From a virus (taxonomy: Duplodnaviria; Caudoviricetes), in IMG/VR virus record IMGVR_UViG_3300021082_000058, positions 1 to 43,614 of that record: 43,614 nucleotides of DNA; one strand, 5' to 3'. Position 1 is the first letter of the stretch. Each line of letters opens with the position of its first letter. Below are positions 17,740 through 26,164 of this stretch, piece by piece. The notes under the pieces were generated by a model. It saw only the letters and a program-made list of their open reading frames with translations, was not told where the DNA came from and did not search any database. The translations under genes and the position numbers were made by a program.

Positions 17740-17876
17740 GTCAGCGAGTAGATAAGCGCTGCGATTCCAAGAACTCCGAGGATTGCCAAGAGGAATGTGA
17801 AGCACCCTATGATAGGTCCTCCGATCCATCTTGAGATCCAAACATTCCCTGATGTAGATATTCCTATGCGTGGCAT
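17736..17876 (-). CDS. 46-aa membrane peptide
   Basis: AAGGAGG RBS; MPRIGISTSGNVWISRWIGGPIIGCFTFLLAILGVLGIAALIYSLT*; not in ORF track. Confidence 0.65.
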   Translation of the reverse strand: MPRIGISTSGNVWISRWIGGPIIGCFTFLLAILGVLGIAALIYSLT

Positions 17877-17886
17877 GCGTGCCTCC

Positions 17887-18021
17887 TTAGATAGAGTGCT
17901 GGGAGACCCTCGCCCGGCAGGCGGTAAGGCTTAGATCTCCCAGCTCTGCTGAGAGACCTGTACCGCCCTGACGCGTACTCGGTGGGACAAGCGGCCCTGG
18001 GTCTCTCAACCTTGTGATCAT
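17887..18021 (-). CDS. 44-aa hypothetical protein
   Basis: ATGA overlap with DUF932 stop; fills gap. Confidence 0.4.
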   Translation of the reverse strand: MITRLRDPGPLVPPSTRQGGTGLSAELGDLSLTACRARVSQHSI

Positions 18022-19022
18022 TTCTGAACGAGGTCCATAGCGTACTCGAAAGCACGCTTCTTCGTCGCAGCCCTCTCTGGGAGTGTTCCCCAACCCATTG
18101 AAGATGCAGCGATTTGATCGTCGTTACGACCTCGCCTGTAGTCCTCTGTCTCTACGACAGCGTTGTAGGCACCCCACAGCGTGCCTTTCGCAGCCTTCGT
18201 GTCCATGCCAGTACCCATGCCCTCGAACAGCATCTTTGCACCGTCACGGCGGCGATCCGCAAGGCCGACACCTTCCTCCCACCACTTAATCCTCTGATCC
18301 ATGACTGCTTTCGTTGCGTCATAGCGAGGCTTGGTTGGATGAGGGTAAGACGCTTCGAACAGCTTGCGCGCCTCGGCATCCTTCATGCGGACTTTTGTCA
18401 TCTCCTCGAAAAGATCTCTGAGGATGAGTGACGTTGACTCTGCGAACTGGTATGTCTCACGCAACCACTCAGCGAGACGTTGCTTTGCCTCTTTGTTGTG
18501 AGTGATGCGGAGTTTCTGCGTTGCCATGTGCTCTGAAGCGATCAGTGTATTCTGGCACACGACACGAACAGGTGTAACACGAATCTCTGCTGACATGAGT
18601 CCAGTCATCGGATTGCTCATCAGCAGATAATTCTCTACTTCGTCACCGCGAACGTCGAGAGTGGGTAGGCCGGTGGACAAGAAGAAAGTCTCACCGTTTC
18701 CAAGTGCCCCAATCGTCTCGACAGGCTTGGCAACGTGCTCGTCGTAGATTGAACAGACGTCTTGCGGAGTGATCAGAACGTAATCATTGCCGACTACTCC
18801 GAAGACACGCACTTCCGGATCATCCGTAGTAGGGTCGCGCAGGATTGCCATCCGGTTCAACGCGACTCCTCCAGCAAACGCAGGCTCTAGGCGCACGTTG
18901 TAATCGCCAATCTTCTTGAGAGCCTTTGTCGCTGTAACTGCCTTCTCGAAGACTTGTCCGAGGTGATGCCACGCTGGTTTGCGAGCGTCACCAAATCTGT
19001 CTCCGAACAGGTTGTGCGACAT
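18018..19022 (-). CDS. DUF932 / TIGR03299-like protein
   Basis: PAWHHLG, GVVG..Y, ET.G.L..G, TPVRVVCQNT, GTLWGAYNAVVE; AAGGAGG RBS. Confidence 0.9.
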   Translation of the reverse strand: MSHNLFGDRFGDARKPAWHHLGQVFEKAVTATKALKKIGDYNVRLEPAFAGGVALNRMAILRDPTTDDPEVRVFGVVGNDYVLITPQDVCSIYDEHVAKPVETIGALGNGETFFLSTGLPTLDVRGDEVENYLLMSNPMTGLMSAEIRVTPVRVVCQNTLIASEHMATQKLRITHNKEAKQRLAEWLRETYQFAESTSLILRDLFEEMTKVRMKDAEARKLFEASYPHPTKPRYDATKAVMDQRIKWWEEGVGLADRRRDGAKMLFEGMGTGMDTKAAKGTLWGAYNAVVETEDYRRGRNDDQIAASSMGWGTLPERAATKKRAFEYAMDLVQK

Positions 19023-19064
19023 GTGATACACCTCCTTGGTGGTTGATTAGTAGGCGTACCACGC

Positions 19065-19093
19065 ATCATAGTACCTGACACCAGGGTTGTCAA
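19065..19093 (-). promoter_or_regulatory. strong sigma70-type promoter
   Basis: TTGACA-N17-TATGAT upstream of DUF932. Confidence 0.8.
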
Positions 19094-19101
19094 GGCAGTG
19101 T

Positions 19102-19290
19102 CTAGCATCCGTCCTGCCCGGTTCCGGGGATGCCTTTGTCAGTTGCAGGTTCCTCACATACGCACATCCCTTCACACTCACAAGGATGTGCCTCTGACCA
19201 TTCATGCGCATCCGCTCTGACCAACTCAAGATCAGGATCATCAGAGAGTAGTGCTTCAAGAGGTACCTCTGACTGTTCTCCGTGAGTCAT
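19102..19290 (-). CDS. small CxC..CxC protein
   Basis: ATGA overlap; HPCECEGMCVCE. Confidence 0.6.
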   Translation of the reverse strand: MTHGEQSEVPLEALLSDDPDLELVRADAHEWSEAHPCECEGMCVCEEPATDKGIPGTGQDGC

Positions 19291-19490
19291 GACTCATCCT
19301 TGGCAGTGGTAAGATTGTTGCGGATGATTTTCAGAGCATCTTCTCCTGGAGGCAGTCTTTTGAGAGCCTCATTCTCTTGCTCTAACTCTGCGATGCGCGC
19401 TTCCAATCGAAGTATCTCATTTGACAGAGCAGTGTTTTGTCTTGCAGCTACAAGAAGATCCCACTCGCTCACGGATACCACTTCCCCCAT
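19287..19490 (-). CDS. small coiled-coil protein
   Basis: Heptad LEARIAELEQENEAL. Confidence 0.6.
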   Translation of the reverse strand: MGEVVSVSEWDLLVAARQNTALSNEILRLEARIAELEQENEALKRLPPGEDALKIIRNNLTTAKDES

Positions 19491-20065
19491 TCACCTTCCA
19501 AGATAGTGTTGCCTGTGAACGTGGAGTGGCAGAACGCACCACAGTCGAACCATTCCGGAGACGTTCTGTACGACTGATAGGTAACTCCGACGTAGGTAAA
19601 TCCCTTCTCGCGTGCATGTGCTACACAGTCGCCAAGTTTCTCAGGAATATCCGCTGGGTCCCACCTAAGGTCTTCAGGAAAAATCTGCAACAGCACAGAG
19701 TCACCATGCTCACAGAACAGTCTGTAGTTGGTATCGTTCGGCAACCACGCTTGCGTTGACCAACCTGTGAAGCCCTGCCACCCGAGAAAGTCGTACAACC
19801 AAGCATGCAGAAGGTGGGGTTGATACATGTCAGATTCATTCTCATAGTTCGGCAGGATCGTGTCTGAGCCCCACAGGAGTGCTACGTCCCTCAAGAGGGA
19901 GAGACGATCCTTGATCGTTGCCCAGTTGTCCCCTGCGTTTATGTTACACAGACGGATCCAAGGGATGATCTTGATGTTGTGTGCAGCTGCTCTTTCACGC
20001 ACAACTGACCACTTTGACTGGTCGTACTCAAGGTTGCACGCTATCCAATCAACCTTGTGGAACAT
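19469..20065 (-). CDS. hypothetical protein, possibly glycoside-hydrolase-like barrel
   Basis: Alternating beta/alpha pattern, Trp-rich, NYENE acidic motif; fold assignment weak. Confidence 0.55.
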   Translation of the reverse strand: MFHKVDWIACNLEYDQSKWSVVRERAAAHNIKIIPWIRLCNINAGDNWATIKDRLSLLRDVALLWGSDTILPNYENESDMYQPHLLHAWLYDFLGWQGFTGWSTQAWLPNDTNYRLFCEHGDSVLLQIFPEDLRWDPADIPEKLGDCVAHAREKGFTYVGVTYQSYRTSPEWFDCGAFCHSTFTGNTILEGEWGKWYP

Positions 20066-20121
20066 CTCCTCTACTTCTGCAGAACCATCAGGAACGGTGA
20101 GGAGCGTGCCCCTATGCGAAG

Positions 20122-20349
20122 TTAGAAAGGGCGGCGGTTCAACACCGCCTTAATCGCGCTAACTTCGTCACCAAGACCACCAGCGCGATGTACTTCGTTG
20201 TGTCCCTTGATCAATGTCTGTGCTGTGCCCTCATTGTCTGGTGTAGGTAGTCCGAAGAATCTGTTGTAAGCGAACCTGTGAGGGTCGATAGCGTTAAGAC
20301 GTTCTTTGACTGCCTCTGCTCCGTTGTTGAGTCCGATCGTTCTAGCCAC
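20122..20349 (-). CDS. hypothetical protein
   Basis: 75 aa, overlaps upstream stop. Confidence 0.6.
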   Translation of the reverse strand: MARTIGLNNGAEAVKERLNAIDPHRFAYNRFFGLPTPDNEGTAQTLIKGHNEVHRAGGLGDEVSAIKAVLNRRPF

Positions 20350-20674
20350 TCGAAAGCACCACCTTTACGACTCCGTCGGTGAACTTCACGTCAGAAATGT
20401 AGATCCTCTTCTCGTTGCCGTTTGTATCCTCGACAAAGAACTCCACAGTAGGATGTTCTTCCAACTGTGCAGCGAGTTCGAGAAGGAGTTCTTGCTCGTT
20501 CATTCTATACCTCCCCATCTGCTTTGAACAGGACTTCTCTCCGTAGAGCGATGAGTGCTCACGTAGAGAAATTACTTCTCTAGCAAGTGCTACGATTCCT
20601 TGACGAGGGTCAAGTGTACCATCTTTGTATTTCTGGATAACAGTTTCAGGGGTTATGAATGTTGGCCCCTGCAT
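20342..20674 (-). CDS. hypothetical protein (possible internal start at 20503)
   Basis: ATG just after upstream stop; internal GGAGG-ATG. Confidence 0.55.
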   Translation of the reverse strand: MQGPTFITPETVIQKYKDGTLDPRQGIVALAREVISLREHSSLYGEKSCSKQMGRYRMNEQELLLELAAQLEEHPTVEFFVEDTNGNEKRIYISDVKFTDGVVKVVLSSG

Positions 20675-20675
20675 G

Positions 20676-20942
20676 TCAGCGAAGGTCCGTGCATCGCACT
20701 GACTTGTACTTGCGCGGACATTGATACACAGGCTTCTTGCCCTCGTACAGCGTGACCCAACCAGGGGAGAGCAAAAAATTGTAACCTGACTTCCACACAT
20801 CGTCTGTGCACTTAGCGATGAGTGCTGTTCCCTCACACGAGTATGTCTTGCCGAACTCTTCCCAGTAACTCATTGTGGCTGCAAAAGCAGATCCACCTCC
20901 GAGAACGAGTCCAATCAAGATCCCTACAACCAAGCGTTTCAT
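20676..20942 (-). CDS. small secreted Cys-containing protein
   Basis: AGGAGG RBS; signal peptide MKRLVVGILIGLVLGGGSAFA; 4 Cys. Confidence 0.7.
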   Translation of the reverse strand: MKRLVVGILIGLVLGGGSAFAATMSYWEEFGKTYSCEGTALIAKCTDDVWKSGYNFLLSPGWVTLYEGKKPVYQCPRKYKSVRCTDLR

Positions 20943-20981
20943 GCGCACCTCCTAACATAGTCGACAACCAAACCACAATGA

Positions 20982-21003
20982 AGGGGCCACCGCAGCGACC
21001 CCT
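20982..21003 (-). terminator. hairpin after histone-like gene
   Basis: AGGGGTCGC-TGCG-GTGGCCCCT on the minus strand, with G-U pairs. Confidence 0.55.
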
Positions 21004-21018
21004 CCACTGTGCTCTCCT

Positions 21019-21525
21019 TCACTCCGCCGAGTCCTCCCCTGCCTCCTCTGCGGGAGCTTCCTTCTCTTCCTTCGGAGCCGCCTTCTTGCCACGACGTCCG
21101 AACGAAGGTGCGAGCTTGAGACGCCGCAGAAACGGACGAACCTCCGCTGCGTACGCCTTCGTCAGAGGCCTCCCCGTTGTCGATCCATCCTTGGATAGAG
21201 ACATGATCAGGTCGAGACCTTCCGTGCCCTTGATCATGTTGCCACCGACGAGTTCGAGCCCCGCCTTGTTCAGCACGGAGTTCGAAACCGAGTTGACGTC
21301 TGCGCCCTTGGGCACTGCCGTCTTCGAGTTCTTGCCCTTGGCGAAGTTGAACACGATGAGGCGAGCGTACTGTGCCCTCTTGTCGTCCGTCTCGAACGAC
21401 GCAGCCTTCGGCGTCTCGATGGGCTCCCGCGGACCTCTCGGTGCGCCCTTCTTGTTCGCCGATGCCTTCGTGGTCGTCTTCTTCGTGCCGGTCGTGCGCT
21501 TTCGCGTTGCTGCCTTCGCTGCCAT
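21019..21525 (-). CDS. basic histone-like / nucleoid protein
   Basis: K/T/A-rich N-terminus, acidic C-terminus; GGAGG RBS; own promoter; strongly GC3-biased codons. Confidence 0.75.
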   Translation of the reverse strand: MAAKAATRKRTTGTKKTTTKASANKKGAPRGPREPIETPKAASFETDDKRAQYARLIVFNFAKGKNSKTAVPKGADVNSVSNSVLNKAGLELVGGNMIKGTEGLDLIMSLSKDGSTTGRPLTKAYAAEVRPFLRRLKLAPSFGRRGKKAAPKEEKEAPAEEAGEDSAE

Positions 21526-21568
21526 TTTGTAACCTCCTCTCCTTTTGGTCAAGCGATGTGCAATGCAC

Positions 21569-21597
21569 ACAATAGACAGACCCCATCCAGAATGCAA
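21569..21597 (-). promoter_or_regulatory. leftward sigma70-type promoter
   Basis: TTGCAT-N17-TATTGT. Confidence 0.6.
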
Positions 21598-21645
21598 CCA
21601 ACATATTGGGACTACTCACCGATTACCAGACAACGCAGTAAACGC

Positions 21646-21674
21646 TTGGCATTTTCAGGCATACGTACTACAAT
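21646..21674 (+). promoter_or_regulatory. rightward sigma70-type promoter
   Basis: TTGGCA-N17-TACAAT, divergent from previous. Confidence 0.65.
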
Positions 21675-21681
21675 CGACAGG

Positions 21682-21770
21682 CGGTAGGTGTTGGGAGGCA
21701 TGCCCAGATCCTGCCGGTGCGATTTCCGGAAATCTCGCACTCCGTCTCATGGCGATGGGACACCTACCGC
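21682..21770 (+). ncRNA. structured leader or sRNA upstream of primase
   Basis: GCGGTAGGTGT/ACACCTACCGC 11-bp stem enclosing TGGG/CCCA and GTGCGA..TCGCAC hairpins; begins at the predicted TSS. Confidence 0.55.
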
Positions 21771-21796
21771 GCCCTCTATTCGTGAGGAGAAGCTTT

Positions 21797-23653
21797 GTGC
21801 GAGCAAGCGAAGTAACCCTAGAATGGTTGCAAGAGCACGTTGAAGGCTGGGAAAGCGCAGGTGAAGGACAATACTATTGCTGGTGCCCTGTTCACGACGA
21901 TGTAGGTACACCTGTTAAGGGCGGATCTATCACAGTGAAGCCCAACGGCAAGATTCTCTATAAGTGTCACAGCGAGCACTGTGGTGCAACACTTACAGAT
22001 GTAATCAAAGCGATAGAAGGCGGTTACGACGCGTCAGAGGACGAGGATGTACCTCGGATTAAAGTACGCAAAAACGCCTCAGCAAAGGGAAAAACAGGCC
22101 TCGCTGCGTGGGAGAACTATACACAGGTAGATGCCCACATCTGGGAAATGCTAGGGTGTTTCGATCACGGAGGCACGGGTGTCAAGTTCGTCTTCGATGA
22201 GTCGGATGTTATCAAGGTGCGCAAGTTTCCGAAAGAGATTCATTTCGAACCGAAAGGTGCTGTCCTCAGCCCATTTTGGCCTATCCCACACGACGAATTG
22301 CCAGAACACATCAGCATCACGGAGGGAGAGTCAGATTGTGGAACAACTTACGCTGCCGGGTTGCCAGCAGGTTTTTCCGTTACCAAAGGTTCGGACACGC
22401 CTCTGTCCGTTGAGGCCTTTCAAGCACTCGCATCAAGAGGAGTGCGTCAGATTACTATCTATTCAGACACAGACGCATCCGGTATTGGTCTTAGGGAGAA
22501 GATTACATCCCTCGCAATTGACGCTGGTATAGCAGTAAACATCTGTGACCTCAATCGTGTGGTAGACCCCTTCTACCCACACAAGGATCTGAATTCACTG
22601 TGGAAAGCGATTGACGATGTAGAGATGTTCAAGGATCTCATTGCTCGGGCTACGTATGCAGTAGCGAGAGGGAGAGAATTCCTGACGTACGACGAAGTAC
22701 TCGTAGAGGCGAGGAAAGAGATGGATTGGCTCATTGATCATCTCCTAGCACCACAAGACAAGGTACTGTTGTGGGGACCTCCGAAAGCGTACAAGACCTG
22801 GATCGTGCTCGACTTCATCCGCTCTGTGACGATGTGCAAGCCATTCCTCATGCGTGACGAATGGACACCAAAGCATCCATTGCGTGTCTGGTTAATCGAG
22901 GAAGAAGGCAACATTACTCTGTTCACACGACGTTTGGAGCGATTGCAACTCGAGACAGACATGTTCATGCTCACGCACAGAAAGGGCATCAAGTTCACAG
23001 ATCCCGAGTCGATGGCCTATGTTATCTCTGTATGCCGTGAGTACGAGGTAGATATCGTTATCTTCGATCCCCTGCAGCGCATGATTCCCGGCGTCAATGA
23101 GAACGATGCAGCAGAGACAGGGATCGTGTGGGATGAGATAGCGCGACTGCAGGAGGCATGTCCCCAATTGTCTGTGATGGTGGTACATCATGGTAATAAA
23201 GGTGAGACAGGTGGTTGGGGATCTTCGCGTGGTTCCTCACGCCACGGAGGTGAAGTAGACCTTGGCATCGCTGTGCAGAAGCATCAGGTAGAGGATAATG
23301 TAGTGAGCATTTGGATGGACGGACGAGAGACGCACGCAAACCTCGAACCAGATGCATCGTTCAAAGGGAAGATCTCGATTACAGAGGATAAGTTTGAGAT
23401 TGATGCACGCGACGTTGAGTTGAAGGTGAGAAAGACAAAGCGCGACCAAGAGGCAGATCAGAATATCCATGATGTGTTCATGGCAATCAAGGGAGGATGT
23501 GAGACGCGCACGCAGATTAAAAAGCAGGTCAACCTGTCAGATAACACAGTGATCAAGCACCTTGCGAAACTTGTGGAGGATGGAATGATCACAGAAGTAG
23601 ACAATGGTAAGGGCGTCCCGAAGACATACAAGGAGGTGGAAAGTGGACTCTGA
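21797..23653 (+). CDS. primase-helicase (Zn finger, TOPRIM, RepA/AAA_25 helicase, C-terminal wHTH)
   Basis: CPVHDD..CHSEHC, ITEGESD, DTD, GPPKAYKT, IFDPL, VVHH; GAGGAG RBS before GTG 21797. Confidence 0.9.
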   Translation: MRASEVTLEWLQEHVEGWESAGEGQYYCWCPVHDDVGTPVKGGSITVKPNGKILYKCHSEHCGATLTDVIKAIEGGYDASEDEDVPRIKVRKNASAKGKTGLAAWENYTQVDAHIWEMLGCFDHGGTGVKFVFDESDVIKVRKFPKEIHFEPKGAVLSPFWPIPHDELPEHISITEGESDCGTTYAAGLPAGFSVTKGSDTPLSVEAFQALASRGVRQITIYSDTDASGIGLREKITSLAIDAGIAVNICDLNRVVDPFYPHKDLNSLWKAIDDVEMFKDLIARATYAVARGREFLTYDEVLVEARKEMDWLIDHLLAPQDKVLLWGPPKAYKTWIVLDFIRSVTMCKPFLMRDEWTPKHPLRVWLIEEEGNITLFTRRLERLQLETDMFMLTHRKGIKFTDPESMAYVISVCREYEVDIVIFDPLQRMIPGVNENDAAETGIVWDEIARLQEACPQLSVMVVHHGNKGETGGWGSSRGSSRHGGEVDLGIAVQKHQVEDNVVSIWMDGRETHANLEPDASFKGKISITEDKFEIDARDVELKVRKTKRDQEADQNIHDVFMAIKGGCETRTQIKKQVNLSDNTVIKHLAKLVEDGMITEVDNGKGVPKTYKEVESGL

Positions 23654-23972
23654 TTCTGCATACAGACCTAACATCTGGGACAAAGAAAAGAACTATCGAG
23701 AGTTCGAAAGTATCCACGGGTTTGATATCAGGACACATCAATCAGCACAAGAAGTGGACAAGCATCTGACAGCACTGATGCCTGGCGGAAAACTCGTACC
23801 TCTTACTATCCAGGCGGTATCCACAAAGCACCAACCTGTTGACTTTACTCGGACCAGGGTACGAGACACCCGCGATGCACGTGACCCTCAAGGGATAGGA
23901 GATGCTCTCTTCTCTCGTCCTGCAGATACAACAATCACAGAATGGGCTGACGCTCTAGAAAAGGAGAAGTAG
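23643..23972 (+). CDS. hypothetical protein
   Basis: AAGGAGG RBS, GTG overlaps primase end. Confidence 0.6.
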   Translation: MDSDSAYRPNIWDKEKNYREFESIHGFDIRTHQSAQEVDKHLTALMPGGKLVPLTIQAVSTKHQPVDFTRTRVRDTRDARDPQGIGDALFSRPADTTITEWADALEKEK

Positions 23973-24206
23973 ATGGAAGATCAAGAAGTGATGGCTTATG
24001 CAGGAAACAAGACAAGTGTGTACGTTGTGTTACGAATATCTACAAACAGAACTTCACCTGTAGCAATAACTGTTGGCATATCAGATCAGGCAACAGATGA
24101 GGACATACGTAAAGTTGTTGAACAATGCAAGAGAACAATGGAAGAACTGTGTGAAGAGTATAACCGTCTTGACACGCTTGTTCCGCCTACTAAGGGAAAT
24201 GAGTGA
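23973..24206 (+). CDS. hypothetical protein
   Basis: AAGGAG RBS; abuts upstream stop. Confidence 0.65.
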   Translation: MEDQEVMAYAGNKTSVYVVLRISTNRTSPVAITVGISDQATDEDIRKVVEQCKRTMEELCEEYNRLDTLVPPTKGNE

Positions 24207-24254
24207 CCTTAGTAGTATGACCTTGGTACCATACCCTACCAGTCAGGACACATG

Positions 24255-24335
24255 ACTACCATGGTAGTGAACGGAGTGGGCTACTACGTAGCCCCTCTCT
24301 CTCGTTCGTTGGGACTCTACTCGTCACTACCATGG
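24255..24335. repeat. palindrome cluster
   Basis: Perfect ACTACCATGGTAGT (24255-24268), GGGCTAC/GTAGCCC hairpin (24278-24294), second ACTACCATGG (24326-24335). Confidence 0.7.
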
Positions 24336-24386
24336 GATAGTCAAACGGGTCCTCGAGTTGTCGGATAAAAGGGGGAGGGAGAGACA

Positions 24387-24653
24387 ATGGCAAGACGGAC
24401 AGCACGACAGATCAGAATTGATGCAATGGAGGAGGAAAGGATCAAATCAAGTTCAACAATAAGGGAGATTAACAGACGAACGTATGAGAGAAATCAACGG
24501 ACGCGGGGTCCAAAACTCGCTAAGGTTGATCTCAAAAGACAGACAACGTGTTGTTTAGATAAAGAGCGTGAACTACCCAAGGCGTTCAGGCAGTGTGTTG
24601 ACTGTCCAAAACTGACCGAGGTGGGGTCTGAAACTAACGGGGGTGGGGTTTAA
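24387..24653 (+). CDS. basic hypothetical protein with CC..CxxC
   Basis: GGAGG RBS; 88 aa. Confidence 0.65.
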   Translation: MARRTARQIRIDAMEEERIKSSSTIREINRRTYERNQRTRGPKLAKVDLKRQTTCCLDKERELPKAFRQCVDCPKLTEVGSETNGGGV

Positions 24654-24724
24654 CCGAGGTGGGGGTTATAACCGAGGCGGGGTTCATCTACACAGGGGTG
24701 GGGTCTACTGAGGAGTAGGGTCTG
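24615..24724 (+). repeat. G-rich degenerate tandem array (consensus ~ACCGAGGTGGGGT), 5-6 copies
   Basis: Copies at about 24615, 24637, 24653, 24671, 24692. Confidence 0.8.
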
Positions 24725-24737
24725 TTGATCTCGACGT

Positions 24738-24767
24738 TTGACAGATATGGAGGGTACCTACTACCTT
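24738..24767 (+). promoter_or_regulatory. sigma70-type promoter for a probable leaderless mRNA
   Basis: TTGACA-N18-TACCTT, 8 nt before ATG 24776; no RBS. Confidence 0.5.
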
Positions 24768-24775
24768 ATGGTCAC

Positions 24776-25096
24776 ATGGGAACGGTCACCACTATCAGAG
24801 GCAAGACAGAGCAGCGCGTCGGACAGGTCATCTCAATCCTGAAGGATGCAAAGGCTCCTCTGTCATACGAAGACATCCGTCTTGCGTCTGGTGCACGGTC
24901 GCGCGGCAAGAAGGGTGTCCTGTATGGTGGTGTGGCGTATGATCAGCTCCTCTACATCCTGTCTACGCTTATTGAGGTAGGACTCGTTGAGCGTTCAGAA
25001 GACAGTGAGCGTGGGCCTGGTCGTCCCAGAGTTTTCTTTCATTGGAGGAATAACGCCAAAGCAGCACGTGCGATGGGAGCACGGTTGAGCGCATAG
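24776..25096 (+). CDS. winged helix-turn-helix DNA-binding protein
   Basis: LSYEDIR..LSTLIEVGLVER..GPGRPRVFF wing motif. Confidence 0.8.
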   Translation: MGTVTTIRGKTEQRVGQVISILKDAKAPLSYEDIRLASGARSRGKKGVLYGGVAYDQLLYILSTLIEVGLVERSEDSERGPGRPRVFFHWRNNAKAARAMGARLSA

Positions 25097-25159
25097 GCGT
25101 AAGCCGCCGAGCGAAAGGTCAGGCGCAAGTCAACCCCAACTCCCCCGCTTGCGCCGAAC

Positions 25160-25198
25160 GAGGAGGTCTGTTACTCGATGCAGGCCTCCTCTTTTTTC
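25160..25198 (+). terminator. intrinsic terminator
   Basis: GAGGAGGTCTG/CAGGCCTCCTC stem followed by T7. Confidence 0.85.
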
Positions 25199-25220
25199 GT
25201 GCTGAAAACTTTTTTCCTCT

Positions 25221-25424
25221 AGAAGCTCAGAGCAAGACTTGGCTCATAACCCCCGGAAAAAATTCTGGGTCCCCAGAAGCTCAGAGCGCCAACCGGCTCA
25301 TAACCCCCAGACCTAGAGAACTGTAGGGCTGGCTTTACAAGGGGCATAAGGCTAAGGCTGATTCCTCTGTAAGGCTGAGGCTGGGGTGCGTGTAAGGCTG
25401 ACGTCAGGGTAGGTGTAAGGCTGA
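25221..25424 (+). repeat. iteron-like arrays
   Basis: AGAAGCTCAGAGC-N7-GGCTCATAACCCCC twice (25221, 25275); TGTAAGGCTGA three times at exact 23-bp period (25368, 25391, 25414). Confidence 0.85.
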
Positions 25425-25712
25425 GCCTTGCAAAACCCGTAACTCGGTCTGCAATGAACGGGTGGGTAATTGCGTTCGCCATTTCACAACGCATTACAGC
25501 GAAAACCTCGCAAACCCGCAACTAAAATCGTGGGTTGGAATTTCGATCGAATTAACTGGGGGCAAAACATATCTGGGGCGATAAGCTATTCTAATTGATA
25601 ATCCGCCGGGGTTGTGCGATAATGAAATGTTCCATCCGATCCTTGAAAACTGAACGTGTGAATCGCCGTTTGTAATTCACTCTGCAATTACGACGACGAA
25701 AGGGCACCTCAA

Positions 25713-26024
25713 ATGGGGTACGAATACACCGTCCACAAATATCGTGATCTCTCACGATGGGAATTTCGGTTTTGGGATGACAACGATGGCGATATTGATT
25801 TGCGCCACATTGTTGTCTGGGATACAACCTATGGCAAAAGTTTTTGCGTCATATCGTTCACTGAACTGGACAACGAAATGGGTGCAATAACTCGCGTCAG
25901 GGAATACGCTGAGATTGACGCAGACGCAAACCTGTCTGATGTTGAACTCAAGCGCATTTGGATCGACGCTATTACAAATGGCATTACGTGTGGGTTACGA
26001 CGAACCCGACGACATTACGCGTAA
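25713..26024 (+). CDS. hypothetical protein (early island)
   Basis: AAGGG RBS; 103 aa. Confidence 0.65.
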   Translation: MGYEYTVHKYRDLSRWEFRFWDDNDGDIDLRHIVVWDTTYGKSFCVISFTELDNEMGAITRVREYAEIDADANLSDVELKRIWIDAITNGITCGLRRTRRHYA

Positions 26025-26089
26025 ATAGGTTTTTGTAACGGCGATCACACGTTCGGTTTTATGCTTACAAATAATTAATCCAAATTTGG

Positions 26090-26119
26090 TTGACCTTCAT
26101 CGGCAATCGGATGTAATGT
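26090..26119 (+). promoter_or_regulatory. sigma70-type promoter with AT-rich upstream tract
   Basis: TTGACC-N18-TAATGT preceded by AAATAATTAAT. Confidence 0.5.
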
Positions 26120-26164
26120 ACGACATGTCATCAACAATGGTGACGACGACGAAAGGGGAACACA

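Noticed and set aside
17740-17841. N-terminal half of the 70-aa ORF 17629-17841
   Set aside because: Better explained by a separate 46-aa gene with AAGGAGG RBS in another frame
20822-21619. Long alternative ORFs (236 aa +, 226 aa -)
   Set aside because: Shadows of the GC3-biased histone-like gene; no RBS or motifs
21682-21770. tRNA gene
   Set aside because: Cloverleaf-like, but no TTCGA T-loop, no 7-nt anticodon loop, no CCA, and the closing stem is too long
21545-21796. 84-aa N-terminal extension of primase from the ORF track
   Set aside because: Spans divergent promoters and a structured leader; strong RBS supports GTG 21797
24615-25424. CRISPR array
   Set aside because: Repeats are short or degenerate with 5-20 bp gaps, not 25-40 bp repeats with unique spacers; no cas operon
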